Assembly (NCBI GenBank): GCA_963666365.2
Contig: CAXXNF010000001.1
Location: 160,001-224,000, forward strand
Direction: 5' to 3'
Source: Syntrophales bacterium
Lineage (GTDB): Bacteria > Desulfobacterota > Syntrophia > Syntrophales > UBA2210
DNA length: 64,000 nt
Positions within the stretch are counted from its first letter, which is position 1, and the number at the start of each line of letters is the position of its first letter. Below, in pieces: positions 19,186-29,600 of this stretch. The position numbers and the translations under genes were made by a program. Below the pieces are notes generated by a model that was not told the origin of the DNA, searched no databases, and saw nothing but the letters and a program-made list of their open reading frames with translations.

Positions 19186-19354
19186 TTTCGCTCAGGCCAT
19201 CATCTTTAACTCTACAAAAATTTGATAGTGGCGTTGAACTAAGAATTGAACCAAAAGAGGATCAAAATAGGGAAACGTCAGTGCATTAGCCGTCTCAGGA
19301 AGAGGTGTTTATAAGAAATTACCGATAAAAAAATACGAAATAGGAGGGACTTTT

Positions 19355-20905
19355 ATGAACCTTTCGACGCTTCTCGATCAGAACTGTGAACAATTTGGAG
19401 AGTATGTAGCCACGATTTGGCTCCCCGAGCCGGATAAGGAAGTGCAAATCACCAACCTCGATGCATTCAGGGAAGTAAAACGCCTCGGAAACGCCCTGAG
19501 AAATCTCGACGTGAAACGGGGAGATAAAATCGCCGTTTTTCTTCCCAATTCTCCCGAAGTCATAGCTACGTACCGGGCCGCCTGGAGAATCGGCGCGGCC
19601 GTTGTTCCCATCCTCTTTCTTTTGAGTGAGCAGGAAGTGCGATATATTTTGGAGAACTCTGAATCCGTCGCCGTCGTCACTCATTCCGATTTGTATGATA
19701 CGGTCGCCGGGGCGGCACGGGGCCTTGATCACGTCAAAAACATTATTTTGATCGATAAAGAACGAGAAGGGGCGCGTTTCTACGGAGATCTCATCGCTGA
19801 AAGCAGTGAAACGCTCGAAGCCGTTGAAACCGCCGATGACGAGATAGCGGTAATTCTCTACACGGCCGGGACCACGGGCAGACCGAAAGGGGTGATGCTG
19901 TCCCACCTGAATCTCTACAGTAATGCACAGAGCAGCTTCGAGCACAGCTTTCCTCCGGAGAAACAGGAGGAGGCACGAGCGTTCACCGGCCTTTTTGTGC
20001 TGCCGCTCTGTCATTCTTACGGTCTGATGGTTTCCAATGTCGGTGCCCTGAGCGGTGCAACGAACATTATGGTTCCCCGCTTTGATCCCGAAATGATCTT
20101 CCGCGCTATTGAAAAATATAAGATCAAAATCATGGCGGCCGTTCCGGCAATGTTTTCCTATTTCCTGATTGCCCCGGAGGCCGAAAAGTATGATACCGGT
20201 TCTATGGAAATGTGGTCTTCCGCTTCGGCGCCTCTTTCAACCGACGTCATCGAAAATTTTGAAAACAAATTCAGCGGTATCATCTATGAAGGTTACGGTC
20301 TTTCGGAGGCCTCTCCGACCGTTGCATCCCACAAGCTTGGGATGCCGACGAAACCGGGATCGGTCGGCATTCCCATCCCGGGGGTAGAAGTCAAAATATT
20401 CGATGAAAACGATCGGGAACAGAAGGCACATGAAATGGGGGAATTGGTCGTGCGGGGCGATAATGTCATGAAGGGATATTATAAGATGCCCGACAAAACC
20501 GCCGATGCAATCAAAAACGGGTGGCTGCATACGGGTGACATCGCCTATATTGATGATGACGGATATATCTTCATAATGGAACGAAAGGATGACATGATCA
20601 TACGAGGCGGCGAGAATATCTATCCGCGGGAGCTTGAGGAGGTGATCTGGTCTCATCCGGAGGTAGCGGAAGTTGCCGTTGTCAGTATCCCCGATCCGGT
20701 GAGGGGAGAGGAAGTGGTCGCCGTGGTTGTGCCTCACCAGGGAGCAACATTGACGGAAGCGGATGTCAAGGAATTCTGCACCGGTAAAATAGCCAAATTT
20801 AAACTCCCCAAGATGGTTGTATTTATGGACGTCCTGCCGAGAAGCTCGATCGGAAAAATACTAAAAAGGGAATTGAAAGAGAAGATGCGAGAACTGGTGA
20901 AGTAG
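19355..20905 (+). CDS. Long-chain acyl-CoA synthetase (AMP-binding)
   Basis: YTAGTTGRPKG, EGYGLSE, GWLHTGD, GGENIYPRE, GKILKR. Confidence 0.92.
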   Translation: MNLSTLLDQNCEQFGEYVATIWLPEPDKEVQITNLDAFREVKRLGNALRNLDVKRGDKIAVFLPNSPEVIATYRAAWRIGAAVVPILFLLSEQEVRYILENSESVAVVTHSDLYDTVAGAARGLDHVKNIILIDKEREGARFYGDLIAESSETLEAVETADDEIAVILYTAGTTGRPKGVMLSHLNLYSNAQSSFEHSFPPEKQEEARAFTGLFVLPLCHSYGLMVSNVGALSGATNIMVPRFDPEMIFRAIEKYKIKIMAAVPAMFSYFLIAPEAEKYDTGSMEMWSSASAPLSTDVIENFENKFSGIIYEGYGLSEASPTVASHKLGMPTKPGSVGIPIPGVEVKIFDENDREQKAHEMGELVVRGDNVMKGYYKMPDKTADAIKNGWLHTGDIAYIDDDGYIFIMERKDDMIIRGGENIYPRELEEVIWSHPEVAEVAVVSIPDPVRGEEVVAVVVPHQGATLTEADVKEFCTGKIAKFKLPKMVVFMDVLPRSSIGKILKRELKEKMRELVK

Positions 20906-20929
20906 AAAAAACAATTGCGATTTTGTAGG

Positions 20930-21694
20930 AAATTCCGGGGACACGATACTAAATTATTGACAATTTGTGCAAATATTTACAGTAGCTGTTTATGGCACGT
21001 ATCGCACGAATAGTAGTCCCCGGATATCCGCATCATATAACGCAGCGGGGGGAATCGCAGACAGGAAACTTTTTTTTGTGATGATGACTACCGGCAATAC
21101 ATCGACTTGATGGCACAGTGGTGCAATCGATGTGGCGTTGAAATCTGGGCCTATTGCTTGATGCCCAACCACACACACCTCGTAGCAGTCCCGCAGACAG
21201 AGGAAGGTATGCGCAAAGCCATCGGTGAAGCGCATCGCCGATACGCCCGGATGATTAATTTTCGTGAGGGTTGGCGAGGCTATCTGTGACAGGGACGGTT
21301 TCACTCATTCGTGATGGATGAGCGGTATTTGCTGACAGCAGTCAGACACATAGAGTTAAATCCCGTAAGGGCACGATTGATCACCGATCCGATAGCATGC
21401 CCCTGGAGCAGTGCGAGAGCCCATATTGAGAAACGAGATGATGCGTTTGTGAAGATATCGCCGCTGTTAGAGTTGATTCCTGACTGGAATAAATTTTTGG
21501 AGGACAAAGTTCAGGAGGAGGAATATAAGGAACTTCGTCAGCATGAACGAACAGGCAGACCGCTTGGCAGTGATTTGCTCATTGATACGCTTGAGGCGCT
21601 GTTAGAAAAACAACTGCAGAAGAAAAAAACCGGGCCAAAAGGTCCATGGAAACACAGGAACAGTAAATAATTTAGTATTGTGTCCCCGGAATTT
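20930..21694 (+). mobile_element. RAYT/IS200-like HUH tyrosine transposase element with 29-bp terminal inverted repeats
   Basis: AAATTCCGGGGACACGATACTAAATTATT (20930-20958) and its reverse complement with one mismatch (21666-21694) bracket the transposase. Confidence 0.85.
20992..21670 (+). pseudogene. REP-associated tyrosine transposase, inactivated
   Basis: MARIARIVVPGYPHHITQRG, one extra G in the run at about 21047-21052, YCLMPNHTHL (HUH), GYL*QGRF (TGA where Trp is expected), IELNPVRA, PWSS. Confidence 0.88.
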
Positions 21695-22741
21695 GGGCAT
21701 AGAGACCCTCTGCGACGCTGCTTGGATTGCCCGGTTCCAGAGCAGCGGCCGTGAATGTCCCGGTTGTCGTCGCTAAAAAGAAAACCATCAGGGATAGGAG
21801 AAAACGTTTCATGGCCAGTTTCCATATGTGAGTTGACGTATGTCTTAGAAGTATAATTCATTCATCACGTCTTCGGATATTCACCGCACCCAATAGAGGC
21901 GCGCCATCGGGGACTTATTCAACACCAGTTCAAAACATTCGCATAATCCGCTGGATTGTCCAGCAGCATCTGACCATCATCAAATCAAAAATGGTACGAT
22001 CCATCAAGCCAAGGTTCATTGGACCGGCCGATTTGGACCGCACAGAGGCCGCTGCCGTTTCGCCCTTTCCCCTCATGTCATCAGCAGGGAGTTGACGGTG
22101 ATCTTCTTTCCCGATTCCAGGTGCAGCGTGCCGGGTTGCGGGTCCGCTATGAACCGGTCAGGCAAGCGCTCCAGACGCGCAGAATGGCCTTTTCCGCTCT
22201 GCAGATTCCAGGCGCCGAAGCCGGCAATCCAAGCCACCATAACGTGATACGCCGGCCCGCCGTTCGTAACCTTTTAGCTGTCTTTCATCAGCCGCTTTTT
22301 GCCCGCCGATTCAGATTGGCTTCGGCGAAAACCAGTTCCACGCTTCAGAGGGGCAAGACAAGATGAAAATTTCATTGTACAGCCCATATGGCGGCCCCTT
22401 CGGCACTCTTCACGGCGAAGGTCAGCGGCATGACTGGAACGGTGTTCATGACCTTTATGCATCTGGACACACCTCCGGACACACAACCTGGTGTTTTATG
22501 ATGCCTCTGAAGACTCTCCTGCAAAAGATTAGTTAATAAATTTAACCGAAAATGAGCAAATATCGGCCTACTGATCCCAAATGCAAGTGATCCCAAACGC
22601 AAGTATGAGGGTTATAGCTCCTTGATTTTTTGTTTTTCAAGCCCTCCGCAATAGTATTCCCCACAGTCAGCCATTATCCGGACACAGGCGTCTCCGGCCA
22701 AAAAACAAAGTGTTGGGAAAATAACTGCTTTAAAAGAACAA

Positions 22742-22770
22742 TCCGCTGTACCTGAAAATGGTACAGCGGA
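22742..22770 (-). terminator. Intrinsic terminator after the ABC substrate-binding gene
   Basis: TCCGCTGTACC / GGTACAGCGGA hairpin; T-rich tract follows on the minus strand. Confidence 0.7.
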
Positions 22771-22845
22771 CTGCCTGTAAAAAATTCTATTATAGGGGTT
22801 GGTCGCACACGTACTCTTCAGGAATCATCAGTGTGTCCGATTCTC

Positions 22846-24171
22846 TTATTTACGGCCGTTTATAATAGGCGGTGTGCAGAACTGCATCGGCACAGGAAAA
22901 GCCTGCGTGTATCCTGCACTAGTGGGATACCATTTATTGGGATAGGTCAGTACGGAAACGTGGATGTTTCTGAGCAACAGATGATCCTGCGGTCTCATAT
23001 AAAGCGTTCCACTCGGAGATTCATAGGTATCTCCTTCCCACTCCTGGATAATTTTTTCTGCATCGGTGCTCCCAACACGCTGTACGATATCTAATAACCA
23101 ATACATGCTTATGGCGCACCGTCCCATAAAACCGGATGGCCATCTATAAAAATTGGTGTTATAGGGTTTCTCCCACTTTTTCCACTGGGCATGCCACAAT
23201 TCGTTGAATTTATTGTTCGAGGGAGTATTAACGCTGGGGATATGATCCCCTAACACCACCAGTCCCGCTCCTGCCGGGCCGCCGATTATCTCAAGCGGTC
23301 GCAAATCGTCAACATACAAACTGGCAATAGGAATCTTCATTCCAAGTTCCCTCGATTGTCTGACCATATTTTCGTTATCCACACCCCAGTCCTGGCTGAT
23401 GATCACTTCGGCGCCCAATCCCTGGATCTTGGTAAGGTAGGGGGCAAAATCTTTCGTAAAGAGCGGATGGAATTGCTCGCCCACAATAGTCGACTCGGGT
23501 CTGTATTTTGCCAACGCCAACTTAAAGGTTTCTGCGAAGGCATGGCCATAGGCATAGTCCTGGCACAAAAGAAAAAATTTCCTTTCCGGCCGGGCGGAAT
23601 AGAAATAGGCAAGCGCCGATGACCACTGAGTAGTATTGGGGGCGGTCTGGAAATAATAGGGATTCCAGTGCTTGTCATCAACGAGCAGATCTGAAAAGGA
23701 ACAGTAATTTACAAATATTTTTTTGTACTTGGCCGCAACTTGCTGGCACACAATGGTAAGATGAGTTCCTGAGGTGCCGACCAGGATGTCAACATTATCT
23801 TCCAGGGCAAGTCTTTCCGCCGCTTTTTTGGTGATTGCCGGTTTCACCTGTGTATCGCCCTTTAAAATCTGAATCTTTTTCTTTTTTCCATCGACCATAA
23901 TGCCGCCCTGCGAATTTACATCATGGGCAACCCAGGACAATGCAAGCCAGTAGAGTTCACCGGCAAAAGATGCGGATCCGCTGAAGGGCTCTAGCATTCC
24001 TATCTTAATGGTATCACCCGATGTCGGATAGGTCGGCTTCATAGTGTCAAAGCTGGCGATATCTCCTTTAAACGGTTCGAACGCATAGACCTGCGAAAGA
24101 CCTATACAAAGCATACATAGAACTACAAAACACACGCCGGTAATGTGAGCTTTCCTGCTACTGCAATTCAT
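22846..24171 (-). CDS. ABC transporter substrate-binding protein, branched-chain amino acid (LivJ-like) family; no permease nearby
   Basis: Signal peptide, IKIG.LEPFSG, VNSQGG, QDYAYGH, KDFAPYLTKI. Confidence 0.88.
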   Translation of the reverse strand: MNCSSRKAHITGVCFVVLCMLCIGLSQVYAFEPFKGDIASFDTMKPTYPTSGDTIKIGMLEPFSGSASFAGELYWLALSWVAHDVNSQGGIMVDGKKKKIQILKGDTQVKPAITKKAAERLALEDNVDILVGTSGTHLTIVCQQVAAKYKKIFVNYCSFSDLLVDDKHWNPYYFQTAPNTTQWSSALAYFYSARPERKFFLLCQDYAYGHAFAETFKLALAKYRPESTIVGEQFHPLFTKDFAPYLTKIQGLGAEVIISQDWGVDNENMVRQSRELGMKIPIASLYVDDLRPLEIIGGPAGAGLVVLGDHIPSVNTPSNNKFNELWHAQWKKWEKPYNTNFYRWPSGFMGRCAISMYWLLDIVQRVGSTDAEKIIQEWEGDTYESPSGTLYMRPQDHLLLRNIHVSVLTYPNKWYPTSAGYTQAFPVPMQFCTPPIINGRK

Positions 24172-24623
24172 ACATTTCCTCCTTTTTTCCTATGCTCTCA
24201 AAATGAAAAGCCTCGGTTCCCTTTTCATACCGATTGAGAATGTCCAAAATCGGCACATGAAATTACGGTCCTATTTCCCCATCAACACCTCCTTTCCTGT
24301 AGTGACTACTTGCCATGATCTTTTCCAAAGATCTTATTTACAATCCTTTGAAGTACGTGTGGGGAGCAGTGGTGATTTCTTTCAGCCGGTCGAGCCCGGT
24401 CTTTCATTGATCAATCTAAAGGGAATACTCTTTCTGAAGAGCCTGTCTCTAAGTTTTCATCAGACTACCATACAACCTATTGCCTTGTCCAGTTTTTGGG
24501 GGGTAAGCATACTCAATGCAGTCTGCTTCATCGAACACCATGACCATGCAGTCAGCGCACTCTCCTGGAAAGTCGCGCGGGAAAGGGGGTTCCCCATATC
24601 CCGCGTCCAGGCTGCTGCCATGC

Positions 24624-25770
24624 CTATCCTTTATTCGCTCGTACGGCTTCGTCACGGAGAACAGTCTTAAGCACCTTTTGCATCGCATTCTTGGGAAGCG
24701 ATTCCCGGAATTCAAGCACCGTTGGTTTCTTATAACTGGCCATTCGCTCACGGCAGTATTCTACGATTTCCTCTTCCGTGGCGTGTTCCCCTTTCTTGAG
24801 GACAATGACCGCCTTCACAATCTCCCCCCAGTATTCATCGGGAACTCCTATAACTGCGGCCTCTTCGATTTTCGGGTGCCTGTGCAGCACCGCTTCTATT
24901 TCGACGGGATAGATATTTTCACCGCCACGTATGATCATGTCTTTTTTCCTGCCGCTCAGGTACATGTACCCGTCTTCGTCCATACTGGCAAGATCTCCGG
25001 TATGAAGCCATCCCCCTTTCATCGTTTCTTCGGTGGCCTTTTCATTTCTCCAATAGCCCTTCATCACCTTGGGACTGCGGGAAACAATTTCTCCGACCTC
25101 GCCGCGGGGAAGTTCCCGATCGTTGTCGTCGAAGATGCGCGCCTCCCCTTCCGGAATAGAACGACCGATACCTGAAAGCCGGTGGATCTTTTTGTCCACT
25201 GTTTCCTTGTCCCCTTCGAGATAATGATCTTCAGGTCCCAGCACGGCGACAATGCCCGTCGTCTCGGTCATGCCGAAGAAATTGGTAAAGTCGGCTTTGA
25301 GGACTTCCTTGGCCCGCAAGAGCAGAGTGACCGGCATCGGTGAGGCGCCATAGCCGATATGGGTAAGGGAATCGGTATTCCGTGTTGCGAAATCGGGATG
25401 GTCAAGCACGGCCTGGAGCATGGTGGGAACAAGATAGGTGGTGTTCACCCGCTCCTTTTCAACGATCTCCAGGAAGACACCGGCATCGAAGGCCGGGAGA
25501 ATAATCATGGTATCGCCGCGATATAGAGGGAGCGAGATACAGACGATGCCGGCGATATGGTACATGGGCACATTGATCAGGAGCGTGCCGGGACCGAATG
25601 TGTGGGTGTCGGTCAGCGGGGTCAGCATGTTTGCATGGGTAATCATCGCCCCCTTGGGCAGTCCCGTGGTACCGCTCGTATAAATGATGCAGGCCGTATC
25701 GTCGTCCGCCATGGGAAGGGGTGAAAACACTTCCGGTGATTGCGAGGACAATGCCTTTTCGTAGGGTTCC
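24624..25770 (-). pseudogene. 5'-truncated acyl-CoA synthetase
   Basis: YTSGTTGLPKG, FGMTE, GWLHTGD, GGENIYP present; the N-terminal region is replaced by unrelated sequence. Confidence 0.8.
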
Positions 25771-26271
25771 GTGCCGGCCTTCTCAATGTATCGCGTCAGG
25801 GAAAGCGACTCAGCAATAAAGGGGTTGTTGGGCACCGAAGGGTGGTCCTTGCGCAGGTCTTCGAGTGTCAGCATCCCCGGGATCCTGGCAAAAGAAGGGA
25901 CGGAAACTGCCGAATTGGTGGTGGCGCCAGTGCTGAAGCAGGCGTGCGGTTTCGGGCGTAACGCCCCAGTCGCTCGGGTGTGGAATGGCCCTCCATCGAT
26001 CTATGTGTTGGCGGAGTTCATTAATGATGGGCGTCGGATCGTATTCCTGCTCCTGAGTCGAAAGGCCTTTGCCTTCGTCGAAGATTAATTGCTGCTGGTC
26101 GCTCGATTCCTTCCGCTTTCTGGGCTTGGGAATCGGTGTGATGTACTCTGCACGGCGGCGATGTTGAAGGATTTGCTGTGTCGGCTGGCCCTGATCGTCG
26201 AGTTCCCAGTGCTGCATCGGATACTCGTATGGAGAATTAATAACGGGATGTTCGAAGAATCGATTATCCAT
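25770..26271 (-). pseudogene. Type III restriction Res-subunit N-terminal fragment followed by a RecG-C/HATPase-like fragment
   Basis: MDNRFFEHPVINSPYEYP..HWELD...TPETARLLQHWR...RPFFCQ stops before any helicase motif; then LTLEDLRKDHPSVPNNPFIAE...YIEKAGT. Confidence 0.7.
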
Positions 26272-26388
26272 GGGAACTGTTTCTCCTGCTATATGGCATA
26301 AAGAATAGCTGCAACTCGTAGGGTGTAATAAAGGATCAGATCTTTTGCACCCATACTTGCCACATTTTTCACGTTGACTTGTTTCAAT

Positions 26389-26422
26389 AAAAAAACCCTG
26401 TTTCTCGTCATGAAAAACAGGG
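26389..26422 (-). terminator. Probable intrinsic terminator
   Basis: CCCTGTTT / AAACAGGG stem with a T-run on the minus strand. Confidence 0.55.
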
Positions 26423-26618
26423 CATCAACATGTACATACTTCCCCCCTTTGATTTCGGGCAATCAAAGTATATAAGAGCATTTAACCGACAACAAAAGAA
26501 AAACAAGGAAGTCCTTAACTCCATTAACATTTCCTGTCAAGTCATTTATGTAGTGAAAGATTCCATCAATTCATTCAAGTTATCAGTTCGTGGTGAAATT
26601 AACGAATGTAGTGCGGAT

Positions 26619-29600
26619 CTATCTCAGACCGGAAATTCCCTGCAGTATATATATCATCTCCTCAGCCCTGATCGTGGAATTACCTGATATGTTTATTATT
26701 TTCTTGATGCCGTCAGGGCTTTCGCCTGTGAGGATGCGGCCTGCCAGTATGGCGTCGGCCAGATCCACACTCCCGGATCCGTCTATGTCGCCGACAATGG
26801 GCTTTGATTCGGGATCATGAGGGTCCGTTCCGTAGAAATACTCCTCGAGATTGGTATAGCTATCCTCGTCCCAATCCATTGATCCGTCATCCAGTAACGG
26901 ATTGAGTGTAGTGTCTACCTCCCAGGCGTCGGACATGCCGTCGCCGTCAGTATCGCCGTTGGTAGGATCTGTCGCATATCGGTATTCATACCTGTCGGTC
27001 AGCCGGTCCTTATCCTGATCTCCCGTGCCTTCGGTGGTGGTGAGATCTTTGAAAAAGGCACGTTCCCAGCTGTCGGCAAGTCCATCACCGTCAGTGTCCT
27101 CGTGCAGGGCCCGCCTGAAGACACCCGAGCCCGCGCTGCCGAAATACAGATAATTTCCGTCGGCCGACATGACCATGGTGTTGGTGACATTGTTGCCGTT
27201 CGTCCCCGGTTTCAGGTTGGTCAGGCCCTCATTCCAGCTCGACCAGCCGGCGCCGCCGTCATGGCTTATAAAGACACCTTCACACTGAGAGGCCAGGTAC
27301 AGTGTGTTCGGGTCATGCCTGTCCACAATGATCTTATAGAATTCATTGTCAAGCTGCAGACCATTTGTGATAGGAAACCAGTTCGCGCCGCCATCCATAC
27401 TCTTCATAACCGTGCCGTGGAATTCTTCCCTGCCCCTCCCTTCGTTTTCACCGTTCTTTGAGCAGGCATACATTATGTCGGGATTTCCCTGGTCAAAATC
27501 GATTGAAAACACCCACTGCTCGTCAGGCCAGCCTTTATCCCACATCTCCCAGTGTTCGCCGGCATCCAGGGACCGATTGACGCCATTATATGTTCCCGCG
27601 TAAATTATTTTGGTGTTGCCGGGCCTGAAGACAAGAGAGAATACGCCATCGTTGGTCCATCCGACATTACGTTCTCTCCAGCTCTGCCCGCCGTCGGTAC
27701 TCTTGTAGATACCTGCGGGAAATGTCCCGACATATATATTTTCTGCATGGACAGGGTCAAAAAGCAGAGTGGTGTATTGATACAGGGGACGATCATCCCA
27801 TAGAGGCCAAAATGTTCCGTAATTTCCGAAGCCAGGCATCTGGCGCCACGTCTTTTCCGGGGGATCATAATAATAGAGTTCATATCCCAGAGTGCCGCAC
27901 ACCAGGGTACCGTCGGACAGCATATCCAGTGTTCTGACCTGCGTGTTATCAAGCCCCGTGCTGAAATCACTCCACGTAACCCCTTCATCGGTTGTTTTAT
28001 ACACGCCCTCTTCCGTTGCGGCGTACACGACGGGAGCGTCGTTGTGGGGATCGACAACCACTTCATAGATGTGTTTCCCATACATTTTCCTGTCCGCGCC
28101 GCTGGCGCCTATATCGAAATCCATTCCATCGTACGATTTGTATATCCCCTTGCCCCAGGTGCCCAGCCATACCTGGCTGCTCTTTTTCGGATTTATGGCA
28201 AAGTTGTAATAGCCCTGACGGTAGGGATCCTCCACCACCACGCTGGGAGTGAGAAAGTTTTTGTCATAGAATGTCGCTCCGCCGTCATCGGACCGGTACA
28301 ATCCCCCCGGATTTGCACCCACGAAGATCCGCTCGGGATTCGCGGGATCGATCTCGATCTGCAGGCTGTAGACCTGAGGCGACGGCTTGTTGCTTCGATC
28401 CGGCTGCCACGTGACGGACATCCCGCCTGTCGAAACCAGGTCGCCCGAATAGACACCGAATCCCTGAGTTCCCACGTATATGGTACTTCCCCCCACCGTG
28501 CATGAAGTGAGAACTTTGGTATCCAGGCCTTCGTTACAGGCTCTCCATGTCTTCCCGGCGTCCGTACTTACCTGCAGGCCATCGTCCATGGCAGAGGCAA
28601 AGAGTGTGGTGTGATCATCCGGGTGCAGTCTTATTGCCCGGCATTCGTTGTCGGTACGCAGAAGCTGTTCCCATGTGGCGCCGGAATCGGTTGACCGATA
28701 GACCCCCGAATCGTCGCTGAATGTATAGCCGTCCGGCGCCATGCACCAGTCCGGAACCGTTCCCCCGCCCATACCGCATGTATATACGATGTGCGGATCA
28801 ACCTGGTCCACTTCGATATCATAGGCGCCTATATCGGGAAAGTTCTGCATCTCTGTCCAGTCTGCGCCCCCGTTTACCGATTTGTACGCGCCGTAGATAT
28901 GCGTCGTTACGTAGACAATGTCGGGGTTGTCTGGATTGACGGCTATGTCCAGCACACTGCGCGGCAAACCTCCTGTGATATCAATCCATTCCTTACCCGC
29001 ATCGGTTGATTTGTAGAGTTTTCCGCCATGCATCCCCGGACCGAATGTGGCTGCGTAAATCCTATCGCCATCAGCCAGCACGCGGTTTACCAGAAACGCC
29101 CCGTTAGACGAGAAGTCTCCAATAACTTCCCATGTAGCGCCCCCATCGATGGATTTCCAGACTTTCGGTGCGGTGCGATCCGAAAGATATATCACATTGC
29201 TGTTAGAGGGGGTCAGACTCAGGGACGTGGCGGAGACAGGCGCATTCTTGAGCAGGGTCCAGTGTGCTCCCGCATTTGTTGTCTTCCATGTGCCGGCGAG
29301 CCAGGTGCCTGCATAGGCGATGGAAGGATCATTGGGATCCACTATGAGCTGGGGCTGCCCCCAGACCGTGTTCATAATGAAGTGTTCATTGAGATTGGAC
29401 CAGTTGTTTCCGCCGTCGGCACTCTTGAATATTTTTCCGCCTGTGCTCCCCGTGCTGCCGGCATAGAGGGTATTGTGATCTGAAGGATCGAACACAACGG
29501 ATGTGATTGCCTCAGCGCCATCCACATGGAGCGAAGTATCCCATGTATTCCCCCCGTCGGTTGTCCTTCGCACCATGGCCCAGTTCTGAAAGGGCTTGGA

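Noticed and set aside
21287..21289. In-frame TGA in the transposase as selenocysteine or recoding
   Set aside because: It falls at a conserved Trp (LWQGRF) and the gene also has a frameshift, so ordinary decay is more likely.
21960..22610. Possible decayed transposase or other gene
   Set aside because: Looks coding-like with stops in all frames, but I could not assign any family.
24203..24620. ORFs between the ABC binding protein and the ligase remnant
   Set aside because: No recognisable motifs; probably further decayed fragments that I cannot assign.
24624..25874. 416-aa ORF as a genuine novel fusion protein
   Set aside because: Both parts are truncated pieces of unrelated families and there is no clear RBS; a deletion scar is more likely.
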